This document shows, one piece after another, positions 25,130-36,522 of a stretch of DNA of 64,000 nt. This DNA comes from Marsupella aquatica. Taxonomy: Eukaryota > Plantae > Marchantiophyta. The position numbers and the translations under genes are program-made. The first letter of the stretch is position 1; each line of letters opens with the position of its first letter. The DNA lies in assembly GCA_973895155.1 (NCBI GenBank), contig OZ316893.1, positions 18,445,836-18,509,835 of the forward strand, given 5' to 3'. Below the pieces are notes generated by a model. It saw nothing but the letters and a program-made list of their open reading frames with translations, was not told the origin of the DNA and did not search any database.

Positions 25130-26661
25130 TTATTCATTAGGAGTGGATTTGCACGATAGATGTGGATGTGAAAAAAGATGTCATTGTTGTGGCCATTTTA
25201 TGCTTGGGGCCAATGATTGTGTCATTGGTCGATTATAGGGTTATTGCAAAAAAGAACTTACTATGTAGTAACAAATACTTCATAGAGAGATTTCAAAAAA
25301 ATATTAATACTTTTTATCAGCTCAATAGCCTTTTTCCACTTTGCTAATTTTTTGGTGGCAAATATAAACAGGTTATTCATTAGGAAGAGTGAGATTCAAC
25401 AATTTGCGCATAAGGTACAAGAGTAAAATAACAGATGAAACTAAAAAGAATCATGAACACCAGTAGAGGTACTTGTGTGTACTTACCCTAGGTAATGAAC
25501 TGGCCGCTGGATTCGCCATATAGCAGTTTCATAATTTAGTTCTCACCTCAATACCCTTTTCCCACTTTACTACAAATAGCATCTTTTCAACTGGAAACTC
25601 TAATTTGTATTCTTGTTTTTCTATAAGTTTACTTTACTTGAATGTGTAAACCCTAAATCCTAAACATATGTCCAAAAGGTCTCATCAGATTGTCTTCTTG
25701 GACCATTACAGTCACGTGTCAACTCACATCCCTTCCAATCACCTTGATATTAGAATTGTACTATGGCATGTTAGTACCATAGTCTAGGGGCGGATTGAAA
25801 CTCACCTGTGCCCCAAGGCACTTTCATTCCTTTAATGTGAACTCTTTTGCTCACTCCCATGTAAAAAAATCAGAATTGTCATCGTTGGCATCTGTATTTT
25901 ATTGCCAGATGGCATACGGCAGTTTGTTACGTATCATTGCTTGGTCCAGTGAATGACTTAAATATATTCCCGACGTTTATCCTGGTATGGATGTTGGGTG
26001 TCGCATATGCCCTGTCCCGATGCGCAATTTAGGCCACGTACTAACTCCCCACCCCCTCCCCTGACGCGAATCATACACGATCTTTGCGGCCGTCGTATTT
26101 ACATACCATGATATTACCAAGTGCTCCTTTACACGGACAGAACTAATTCAAAAAATGTAAGTGGGGCATACAATTGTCATGTACATCCGGTATGACATAA
26201 AGTGGTCCACATAATTGTCCGAGACAATTGTACATCTTTCGAGTGATCTTTTCAGGCGTCGTTCGCCACAAAATGTGTTCTGCACAGGGTTTCGTTCATG
26301 TCCATTAAGTGGCAAGGTCGATGATGTGCCAGTTCGTGGGGCTGTAAATTTGGGCGTCCACAACCGATACATTATTGATCGCTACAGGAGCTCTCGAAGC
26401 AAATTCAATTGCTAATGCGAGAATGTAAGTGGGGCATACAATCATCGACCACTCTTGCTGATCGCAATAGTGGAGACATCACATCAGGAATGCAAGGCTC
26501 TATTCGAGCCCAGCCTCACAAATGGACGGATGTAAATCCCTGGAAGCGCTTTGCATCTCCCTGCAATAGCACACGAGGTACTGCTCTTGGGAGGAGTGGA
26601 CCGGGACCTCCATTTTGTTGCTGCGAAATGTGATAGCAAAAATGGAGACTTTATTCACAGT

Positions 26662-27194
26662 TTATGCTTTACATGTGTCAATCATCATCTGCAATGCCCT
26701 GGGATAGGTTATCGGCATCAACCCCTCAAACGTCTGGCTGCACTCAACCTCCTCAGGCTCTTCTTCGATTGTAAACCCTGCAGAACGTAACTTGTGGGGC
26801 ATAATGTTCTTCGAAAGTTTGTGACGACGCTGTGCACGATCCATCCCGGGTATCTCTTTTGCAGTGGGCGTGAGGAATGTCCGCCTCGGGAAACGTAGTA
26901 CTAGGTGACTGCCGTTCTCGTCCTCACAAGGCGACAGCAAATGTAATGGCCAATGCACAAACTTGCCTTGTGCAAGCCAGGAATACGAATTCTGAGCGCA
27001 TGGCACTAAACCCATGTCCCACTCTGGTGAGCCATACCATGATTTGAATGACCACTCCAGTATCAACAAATATGCCATTCCCTCGCTCAATGATGCCGCC
27101 ATGGCATTCTTCACCACCCCCCTGCCCATCACCACAACCCCTCCCTTGCCGGGGATGCATAGTGCACAACTCGTGCCATCGACAACCTCTACAC
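26662..27194 (-). CDS. Exon with Tnp1/En-Spm-like domain, paralog B
   Basis: After CAG acceptor (27196-27195): VEVVDGTSCALC...MGRG...LSEGMAYLLILE...PEWD...GKFVHWPLHLLSPC; same intron phase (1) as paralog A. Confidence 0.55.
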
Positions 27195-27768
27195 CTGCGA
27201 CTCAACGCACCATGGTATCAACACACTGGGACGGTATTCATACCACAATTTCTCACATTTTCTTATACTGTATCACTATGAGTTACGTGTACACACCTCT
27301 TTGGCCGTCGTGTGGAGGTAATTCGGGTACTATTTCCACCAAGGGCCACTTCTGTTTGGCACCCAGCTCGCTGTCCTGAATGTTGTGTTGGGGCCCCTGG
27401 TCCCGTTTGTGGCAAGCCTCTTCCGTTGACGCAAGTACCTTCCCTAATACCTTCCCTATTAAGCCACATAAGATAGCAATAAAACATGAGACACTTTGTC
27501 TCTGTCATGAGTTGTCCTCCATGCTACGATGTGGGTTTCTAGCAATGCCAATACAGGAATATCCAATCTTCAACAACAATGAACGTGCAAGCAGGCATGG
27601 AACACGAGCCTAGGTACCACCACATACTGCGCTTGTATGTCAAAGTGGGTGTGATGTTTCCGATTAACGCCTCGTCCTCTACAACAGCCCCAGTGACTGC
27701 TGCCGCACCGCCCATGTATCCTGATTTGCTCGGAAAACGAGTATTGCATTAGATCCAAGCAATGCTCT

Positions 27769-28210
27769 CGTCATACCACGACATAAACACAAAACAATGT
27801 CGGATATCATTGTGCGGCACCACCTGTTGGGCAGCCACTGTGCATATCCCCGCGAGGCGAGTGTGCATGCGTAGCGCAATTCGAGGTATCTTCGACCACA
27901 ATACCGGCACTGTCGTCGAGCTGCGGGGCATCCTGGCCCATCTCCTCCCCTGCACCGGGGCAAACGCGGTTTTGAGTCCCTTCCCCATTGGAGCATATAC
28001 ATAATGGCTTCTCCGCTATCAACATACCACGACATAAACACAAAACAATGTCGGATATCATTGTGCGGCACCACCTGTTGGGCAGCCATTGTGCATATCC
28101 CCGCGAGGCGAGTGTGCATGCGTAGCGCAATTCGAGGTATCTTCGACCACAATACCGGCACTGTCATCGAGCTGCGGGCTATCCTGGCCCATCTCCTCCC
28201 CTACACCGGG
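27769..28210. repeat. 251-bp tandem duplication (probable exon+intron unit on minus strand)
   Basis: CATACCACGACATAAACAC... at 27772 and 28023; a 22-bp piece recurs at 30518-30539. Confidence 0.9.
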
Positions 28211-28319
28211 GAAAACATGGTATTCAGCCCCGTTCTTGGCACACACCACGAGAAGTTTATAAGGATTTCATGAATTCAATGTAAGGTAATTGGTATAACT
28301 GGGACTCTGACAGGGAAAT

Positions 28320-29805
28320 TCAGAAGTTACCCAGATGCGCTTCCACAAGAGTGAACCCGTATTTTCGCTGGAACCGGCGATACTGAAGAATCTCCCACCT
28401 TAGTGACCCTTTGTTCTCGTTTGTAGGGACAATTATCCTTCCAGGCTTCTCGGGTGGGCGGGGGATTTCGTTCACCCATGCAGCCAAACATTCAGTATAC
28501 GACCTTATATTTCGGCCGGCATACCTATACATTTCAACCTCGTAATGAATATCAACAGGATCAAAGCCTGGCCTCCATTTCTCGTCGTCGTCAGATATCT
28601 CCTTCTCTGCATCTCTGAATTTTCCCTACTCAAAATTAAATAAAACATTCGAGTTTAGATTCGTGGACTTGCAATTACATACCATTACAATTACTAAACT
28701 CTTCACAAAATTCATAGTTTGAACATCTTCAGATCCCTGTCTATTGTACCTCTGCTGTGGCAGTCTCTTTACTCTCGACAATACCGAGCGCCTGTAGCCG
28801 ACGCATGCAGTGCTTGAGACCTTCTGTCCCGTTCCTCCTCTTTCGCTCCATTCCCTCTGCACTAAATTTCCAGTCGTAGAAGGAGAGGTGCAGTGTGTGG
28901 TGGATTGTCTCTACAGGGTTGTTGCTGAATGACAAATACCAAAGTGCCTTTTCTGCAGCTAACATGTATCCTACCATTGCTTCAAACATGTCATCCACTG
29001 ACTCCTTCCCCTGCCCCAGTGCATGCAACACCTCTTGCATGACTGCAACAAGACCTTCCGCTGAACCAATCAGCCCCAACTCCACATTAACCCGTTCAAA
29101 CCATTCTTGTCTGGTCATACCATCTGCCAATTCAGAGATTTTGGAGGCAATCAAGGCCCTGAAGTGGTGAATATTGGCTCCGGACAGGATTATTCTAAGG
29201 TGACGTGTGAACCAAACTCTGAACTGTGGACTGTATAGCATTGCAAACCCTTCCAGATATGGCAATTCCAATGCATGCATTGCAAGATAAAAGTGTGGCA
29301 TTGAAGTAGGCGATGGAGGACAACCAGTGCGCAGATAAGTTAGATGCAAAGTGAGGGACTCTTCTACAATACGTGCTCTCCGACGATTTAGTTCCCCACA
29401 CATGTACCGACGCCATCTGTGAGGGAAAAACCCATTGGTGGCCCTGAAAAGCCTGATCATCTCTTCTGTGGTGGCCTCCCGTGAAGTGGCGCCCTCCACC
29501 TACTTCCTCCCTGGCTTCACGTACACCACACTCTGCACCAGATCCTCATTCTGATGTTCCGGGCATTCTCTCCAATGCCTGTTGATGTACTCCTTCCTGG
29601 AAAATATGCCTGTTGCGGGACATCCTGGAATAAGGCACTTCCAATCGTAAACTGTTGGATGTCGGGCACTCTGCACTTTTCGAAAATGAAGACCTTCCAT
29701 TGCTTCCAGGTGCGCCTTGCGTTCGGCCATACCGCGTACCCTGTGAAAATTGAACGGAAGATCGCCGTCTGCAGCTTGTAATGCCGGGTTGCAGATTCGC
29801 ACCAA
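28320..29805 (-). pseudogene. Unknown zinc-finger protein, paralog B; exons ~29805-28750 and 28625-28320; single in-frame TAG at 29500-29502
   Basis: WKCLIPGC...INRHWRECPEH; GFFPHRW; FYDWKFSAEG; LGIVE; exon 2 GKFRDAE...VDIHYEV...GSLRWE; all match paralog A. Confidence 0.8.
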
Positions 29806-31016
29806 ACAAAAGACTCCTTTGCAGGTCGCGGCAGCTCAAGCTTCTAAGTGTTCCCTTCGTCGATGCTCGTACGAGGAGTTTGCACATCGTGAAAGCTTCA
29901 GGTTTTTACTATTCTGTTAGTCGATTCTCGTACGAGGAGTTATAGTCCCGCATTAAACTGTCGTTATGGGAAATCTCATAACCTGTCGTGGCGGCATACT
30001 ATGATTTGGCACTATATGGCAATCTATTGTTATCACGGTATGGATGGGTGTCATACACGTGCAGTTTGTGGCTGCGGCTTCAAAAGTTCGGCGGTCATCA
30101 TTTTCGCACATGTCGGGGACACGGGGGTCCGGAGAGAGACCATACAATGATCACCAACATTGCCTTCAATTTATCATTGAGTGAACTATGTATATTACTA
30201 TCTCTTATCTCTGAGTTTACCGGGAGGGCTGTCTGTGAAATGCATTTTTGGCCGCACTAGACTCATCGCACGAAAATGACGTTTTTTTCCATGTCCTACA
30301 AGTAGAGCATGTGTAGTTCTTTTGGTTCCCTTGTAGCCAAATGACCTTAGGTACTTGTAAAAAGACATCACGAAGCTCCCATAAGGGCTAAGAATAACTA
30401 CTATATGGCATGCCCACCATCCATCTTCATAGCGGTGTCCCAATAGTGTCGAAGCTGAACACTTGACTAGTAAACGCAAAGTCATTGGAGTTATTTTCTA
30501 CAAAACAGATTCCACAAATCATTGTACGGCACCACCTGTGAAAAAGAAATGTCTTGCTCCCCCCTGCAGGCCGTCTTGCTGCTTGGCCGTCTTGCTGCTG
30601 GGGCCTCGGCCACAGCCCGCAAAATTTGTTTGGTGCCAAAAAATTAGGAAAGTTGTTTGACGTGGTAAAGGAAAGGGACGTAGGTTTAGGTTAAGCGGGA
30701 GAGGATTAGGGGGAGGTACTTGTGTGTTCTTTTTTTACAATTGCTCCATCCATTACAACATTGTTGAGACTAGCAAATTAGCAACTGGTTGATACATAAC
30801 TCTAGCGAGTGCTTACATGGGGTTCACTGGAGCACAACTTCGAGTTCTCATACACAAGTTCCGAAGAGTTGCACACAAGGACGTTCAACAAGTTGTTACT
30901 CCAGGCCAGCTAACACATATCAATTGTAATTTTTTCATACACACATGCCGCAAATAGCCCGAGAAGAAGCTTTGTTTGTATTTACTTCAATGCTGGTATA
31001 TTTTATTATACCCCTG

Positions 31017-31219
31017 TAATGTTATATAACCCCTTAATTAACCAGTAAGGGGATTACTTGACAATATTTGAAGTTTTGGGAGATTGGATATTATGCAAAA
31101 CTAGCTATAAACCAATCAACAAGAACTTCAAATATTGTCAAGTAATGTCCAATCATCCAAAACTTCAAATATTTGTGTAGAGCCCTTAAATGGTGTATTA
31201 TAGGGATTACATAACATAG
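31017..31219. mobile_element. Foldback/MITE-like element with nested inverted repeats
   Basis: Perfect 23-bp IR 31053-31075 / 31124-31146; outer imperfect IR ATGTTATATAACCCCT / AGGGATTACATAACAT. Confidence 0.55.
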
Positions 31220-32921
31220 TTAAAAAAAACCCCAAGCATTGCACTTTAGTGTTTGATTATGATGATTGAATGGAGAATATATGTGGAGGCCTAGAATGGG
31301 GGGGGGGAAGTTAATTGTACACTCATTCACTTTGACATAGTATGGTTGACAAAAATTGGAGAGTCTAAATACACATGCACCTATTGGAGAGAAATTTACA
31401 TGCATCCACATTATGTAATGCAATCTGATATTAGTGGATTTTTCCCTGGATTTTCAGAATTACAACATTCTCTCACTAGACCTGTAGAAAAGATGTCGAG
31501 ATGAAAAAAAGATGGTGAGGTGAGAATATCATGCAAAGATGAGGAAAAGATGGGGGAAGCGAAGTAGAGGAGAGAAAAGATATAGCGGTTAAGGGCATGA
31601 TGTTCAGGGCGACATGAAGATGTCGAAGTGAAAAAATTATGGCAACATGAACAAAACATAAGATGTCAAGGTGACACATATTGTTTACATTTTTGGACCC
31701 TGCAAATTCAAATCACAACCACTCTATAAAAGAGCGGACCCTTGTATTATAGTTTAGGATTAAATTATAGAAGTAAATGATCTTTCCTCTGCATAGTTTG
31801 GATGGGCTTAGGGACTTGTGCTTTATTCCTTTACAAAATGCCATCTACTCTGCTTATCGATTTACAAAGCGTTGTCTCCACACGTGAGTTACTCAGAACC
31901 ACGTGAAGCTGCTATATGGTGAATCTAAACTTTCACATTTTGCCTTATTCCGATTTTGTGTCAAGTATTTTGATTTTAATGTGCCTTACTAACTTTTGTA
32001 CCCCTTTTAATTTTAGTGAACTTACAGTATTTTGAAAGTATTTGGCTCCCCTCTTAAATGTTCGAGAAATGAGTTTGAACAATGTGCACATCTAGTGTAC
32101 TAAGTTCCCCTAGTGATCTCCTTTACAAAATTTATGGTTTTACGTGAGTTGACTGTCATTACTTAGAAGGAAGTGAAATCTTGTACTGTATGTGCACAAC
32201 TCTTTAGTAACTTTATACTTTCTTGGTTTTTTTTGCATGATGATTTATGGTTTTGTGTGTTATGGCACTCACTCTTAATTAAGAGATCTTATTTCTTGGC
32301 ATATACTTTATGTGTACCTAGTTACCTACTTCTTTTATCATAAAATTACATATCACTACAAGACCATAAAAAAAGACGTGTTCCAACATGAACATGCTAA
32401 ATCAGAACCATAAACCTAGACCTCGAGAAAGAGAGTGAAGAACATGAAGAGGGGCGTAAAAGTCAGGTTTACTATGTACATTTTCATCCACCCCGTTTGC
32501 ATAATCAATCCTGTTCAAAACATGGGTTCTGTCCAGAGCTGTGCATGTCAAGCATGGAATTGGGTCACTATTCATGACCATGATTCCCTCAGGTGACGGC
32601 ACTATTATTTTCATTGCAATCTCACGCCTACGATGAACTCCTAAAATACATACTATGAGAAACGTCGTGTGGAATCTTAATCAAGGACTGTCGGATCATA
32701 CTGTGATCAATAAGTTTATTCACATGCACAACACGGGCATGGATAGTGCTAAACATCATCCTCATGAATGGGTCCGTAGTGACCAGCTTGATACTCCATG
32801 ATAAGCTGCATAGCCTCCTCTACGCTAACCGCGCAACCGGGCCCGTATGGTAGGGGGTATGTGATACATGAGATGGGTCGCGGGTGTTTCTGGGGTAATT
32901 GTGCTGCAAATCTCAACAACA

Positions 32922-32993
32922 TGGACTGGCTAGGATTTGAACCTGGGACCTCCCGTGTACAACGCCAGTGCACTACCATCGAGCTGCGAGCCC
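32922..32993 (-). tRNA. Degenerate tRNA-like sequence (pseudo-tRNA or SINE head)
   Basis: 72 nt GGGCTCG...CAGCTCGATGG (A-box-like)...GGTTCAAATCC (B box)...CCAGTCCA; acceptor and T stems mostly pair, anticodon stem does not. Confidence 0.6.
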
Positions 32994-33063
32994 TTAATGC
33001 CTACGTCCATCGTCAAAGCGTTATTCATATCCAACAAAGTGCCCATCAAAAAAAGTTGCATAT

Positions 33064-33200
33064 CGGTGTACGACATTCCTCCATACCATGATAACGTGGT
33101 TAATTTCTTTAAATCACTGAATGCACAGAAAACTCTGTGCATTCAGTGATTTAAAGTCAATACGAAGGTCTATCATGGTATGGAGAAATGTCGTACACCG
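33064..33200. other. Long two-stem hairpin
   Basis: Outer arms 33064-33093 / 33171-33200 (29 of 30 complementary); inner arms 33107-33129 / 33134-33156 (23 of 23) with a 4-nt loop. Confidence 0.9.
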
Positions 33201-33279
33201 TATATGTCACATTTTGACGTGCATGTTTCCGCCCCGGAGTTGACGAGCTAACCATGGTAACCCCAAGACAAACCAAGTA

Positions 33280-34028
33280 CACTGTTTACTGTAGTTAGTG
33301 TTACTAACACTAATTGTGTAGCTCCAAAAAATTGAATCCCTCTTGAAATAGTCTTGCTAACACTAAATCTGTATTAACAGATAGGACTTTCTCTGGCCAA
33401 TGGGGCTTGCTGGTCTTGAGATCCCTGTGTTTGAGATTGACAGTCTGGTTTCTGGGCTTTCATCACATGTTGTTGCCGCACCCCAGGTTGGGTGGTTGAT
33501 TGTATGTTATGGGATCACTCTTTCTGTTCTTCCTTGCCACGGGGTTTTCGTGGTCACTATCTAAATAAATCATGAAAAAAACATTTCCAAGGAAATCTGT
33601 ATTAACAGTGATTGTGAGTGATTCAATTAGTGTTACACTAATTATGGAAATCAACTCACATTATTTATGGAGTGGCTATTGATACCAAAAATGTTGCATG
33701 AAACCATGAATCTTGTTTGTAATAGTAGTCACACTATTTGGGTGTGAAGAATGTGAGTTGAAAATGGTATGGAATTGGTTGAATTTTTGGACAATAGCAT
33801 GGACCATGGAGAGAGCCCAACTAAACCATGAGATTTACATTAATAGTTCATTCATAAAGCATTCTATTATGTGTTTTCATAGGAATTATTGATTTTTGTG
33901 CTATGTTAGTATGTTCCATAATTAATGTTATTTGAGCTCCAATACTCCTCTATTCACATATTAGTGTTACTCACACTATTTACAGTGTCACTCTATTTCC
34001 ATAGTAACACTAACTATGGTAAACAGTG
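33280..34028. mobile_element. Non-autonomous TIR DNA transposon (CACTG...CAGTG, TA duplication)
   Basis: 27-bp TIRs with 2 mismatches, TA on both sides, AT-rich interior with repeated TTAGTGTTAC. Confidence 0.8.
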
Positions 34029-34308
34029 TAGTAGTCGCCCGCAGCTCCCATTTTTGGACGACGACACCCTTGCAGACCGTGTTTTCTTAATGTCAATGAA
34101 TGTAGCAAAATTTTGATGTGTGATTTCCAGCAGGGTTTTCGATCGAGCCGTAAACTTGTTGTAAACCGAGAACCAACAAGGGTTGTGAAGAGAGAAACAT
34201 TTATGAGTTTTAATGCAATTAAAGGTTGACCCTACAGAGAAGTACACGGGAAAATCAGCAAGGATTGTGGTAGCTGAAAATTGCCTGATGTGACTCGTAA
34301 CTACATAC

Positions 34309-34710
34309 ATGCCTAAAGAAAACTCTATCCAGGGGCGTCTATCAGTTCGTGCTTGGCGTGACAATAACAGTTTGTATTTCCTGGGCAAAGCAAGGAGCGC
34401 TATTAGAACCCTATACAATTTCCCTGATCAGTTTAGCATTAGTCGTATGGAATGTAGAAAGCCATACTACAACATACATAAAGAAACGGGATGGAATCCC
34501 TGTAATACAATGTCAACAGGTGATTACACTGCGAATTACGTTGTTCCATATGATGCCCTTGACGAAATGGATTCCGATGTCACCGTAAACGTTCAATACC
34601 ATATACGTGCAATACTGGTACCAATGCACATAACATACGAAACATATATGTACCGGGAGATTGTATCATGGTATGGAATGCCCCCGAAGCCGCCACTCCA
34701 CTACAAATAG
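34309..34710 (+). CDS. Hypothetical protein (133 aa)
   Basis: ATG-initiated ORF of globular-looking composition in the motif-rich zone; weak P-x-x-I-x-YE-x-x-MYR resemblance to paralog B exon 2. Confidence 0.35.
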   Translation: MPKENSIQGRLSVRAWRDNNSLYFLGKARSAIRTLYNFPDQFSISRMECRKPYYNIHKETGWNPCNTMSTGDYTANYVVPYDALDEMDSDVTVNVQYHIRAILVPMHITYETYMYREIVSWYGMPPKPPLHYK

Positions 34711-35018
34711 CTTCCGTTTAGGGCGTCAAGAATTCGAATCCATGTCCTATGTGCAAGTCCTGCCCTATGCTGTCGAGAACTTGTCGTGGTTACCAGAGAG
34801 AAGCGGAGTGTTCGCTTCCATCCCAAAGCTGACAGTGCTGCGCAAAAGTTTGAGCTTTTCTTCAAAGTGCTGCGTCCTACATTCAACTCTTCTACATTCA
34901 CTTCTTCTTCGAATACTAGGCTCGACAGCACAGGGCTTTGCAGCTGCTTCGCCTATCCTGCTGTAGCTACCTTCTACGGGCGTTTACTTACTTCTCAGCT
35001 CCTGCTCCTACAACAGCA

Positions 35019-36095
35019 ATGGCAGACCGAGGAACACATCCAAGGGCACTAACCCTGGCCGGACGGTGGAAAAAGAAAAGAACTGAGCAGAAGGACTACT
35101 TCCGCCGTTTCTATTATGATGACAGCCTTGGGGTTGGCGAATTGAATCACGTTCATGAACCTTCGCTACTAGTGCCTCCAACTTTGATTTCTGTCATACA
35201 GATCGCACTATTTGGTGGTGATAAGGACACTTGGATTGACAAGCTGCTGGACCCAGCCAAAGATTTGAAGCGCCGGATCACTGAGTCTGGTAAAGAACAG
35301 TCGCATTTGTTCAGTGATTGGGTGAGCATGGCCCGATGGAAGATCGCATATGGCCGCCCAATGCCCCGTATGACAGATGATGAGTGGAGGAGGACGGAGA
35401 GGGGTTTGGACGTAGTAGATTTCATGGCTTCCAGAAAGTTTGTTCCTGGAGAAGAGCAGGATGTGTTTGTCAAGTTCAAGATGGAAATGGCTTCGAGCGC
35501 GCTGACGTACATTGCTGTGATAGAAGCGTCTGACTTATGGGGAAACTGGGCATTCCAAAGAGAAGCTGTTGCTTTGGCTGACCTTCATTACAAGAACTGG
35601 AAACGCACTTTCAAGAAGTCATTTATGAAAGAAGAGGCCAAATACATATACGAGAAACTGATATTTCCCAGCTTCAAAATTGGGAATTCCGCAGCCATCA
35701 GGCTGGTAAGTTATGATATGTTACTGTCCTCAGAGAATTTTGATTGTTGCTGCTCGTGCTATGACATGGTACTGTTCATGGCATGCCCAGTGGCGTAACA
35801 ATTCCGTCTTTTAACGTAGGGAAAATTGGAGGAGCCAGTCAGCGATTCGTCCGACGCCACTTCAGATGCTGTGCCTTTCACCCCGCCGATAAAGGTTTCG
35901 CCTAAGCGGCCCCGTCAGCCCTGTGCATTTGGCTGTGCCCATTGTAGTACACAGGCCACTTCAACCCACAAACGTAGGGGCACCCCAGGAGACGAGAAAA
36001 GGAGGACTGCTTCGCAGATCTTAGGAAAGATGAGAGAGGACGAGCGTCTAGTGTTTGAGGACCTGTCATCCGTTCAGTCTTCCTCCTCCCCGTAG
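35019..36095 (+). CDS. Hypothetical protein, probably two exons (~35019-35705 and ~35820-36095)
   Basis: Long open frame from MADRGTH; GTAAG donor at 35706, TAG acceptor near 35819; second part has CAFGCAHC; followed by AATAAA. Confidence 0.55.
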
Positions 36096-36318
36096 TTTCT
36101 TGCTGTTTGTGATGCAATGGCCAGTGCATGGCATGTTGTACTTCATTTCTGCGGTATGCATAAATAAAGAGTCCTACGAGGGTGCGATGTGAAATAAGTG
36201 ATATGATGACAAGACTCAATTTTATCATGGTATGTATTGTCATACATTTGATCATAGTTAATCAGTCTCCTCATTAGCAACCGTCGTGTCGTTAGCAGCC
36301 TTCGGCGCACCGGGTGCC

Positions 36319-36522
36319 ATCTCTCCGCCTCACTGGGTACTCGGACATACTATGATTTACAGTCAATCCTAGTATCTGTGTATGCCGTCTCTCCGCCTCA
36401 CTGGGTACTCGGACATACTATGATTTACAGTCAATCCTAGTATCTGTGTATGCCGTCTCTCCGCCTCACTGGGTACTCGGACATACTATGATTTATGGAA
36501 ACAGTCAATCCTAGTACCTGTG
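36319..36522. repeat. 68-bp tandem repeat x3
   Basis: CATACTATGAT at 36346, 36414, 36482. Confidence 0.9.

Noticed and set aside
32922-32993. Functional tRNA gene
   Set aside because: The anticodon stem does not pair and the D and acceptor stems have mismatches; kept only as tRNA-like.
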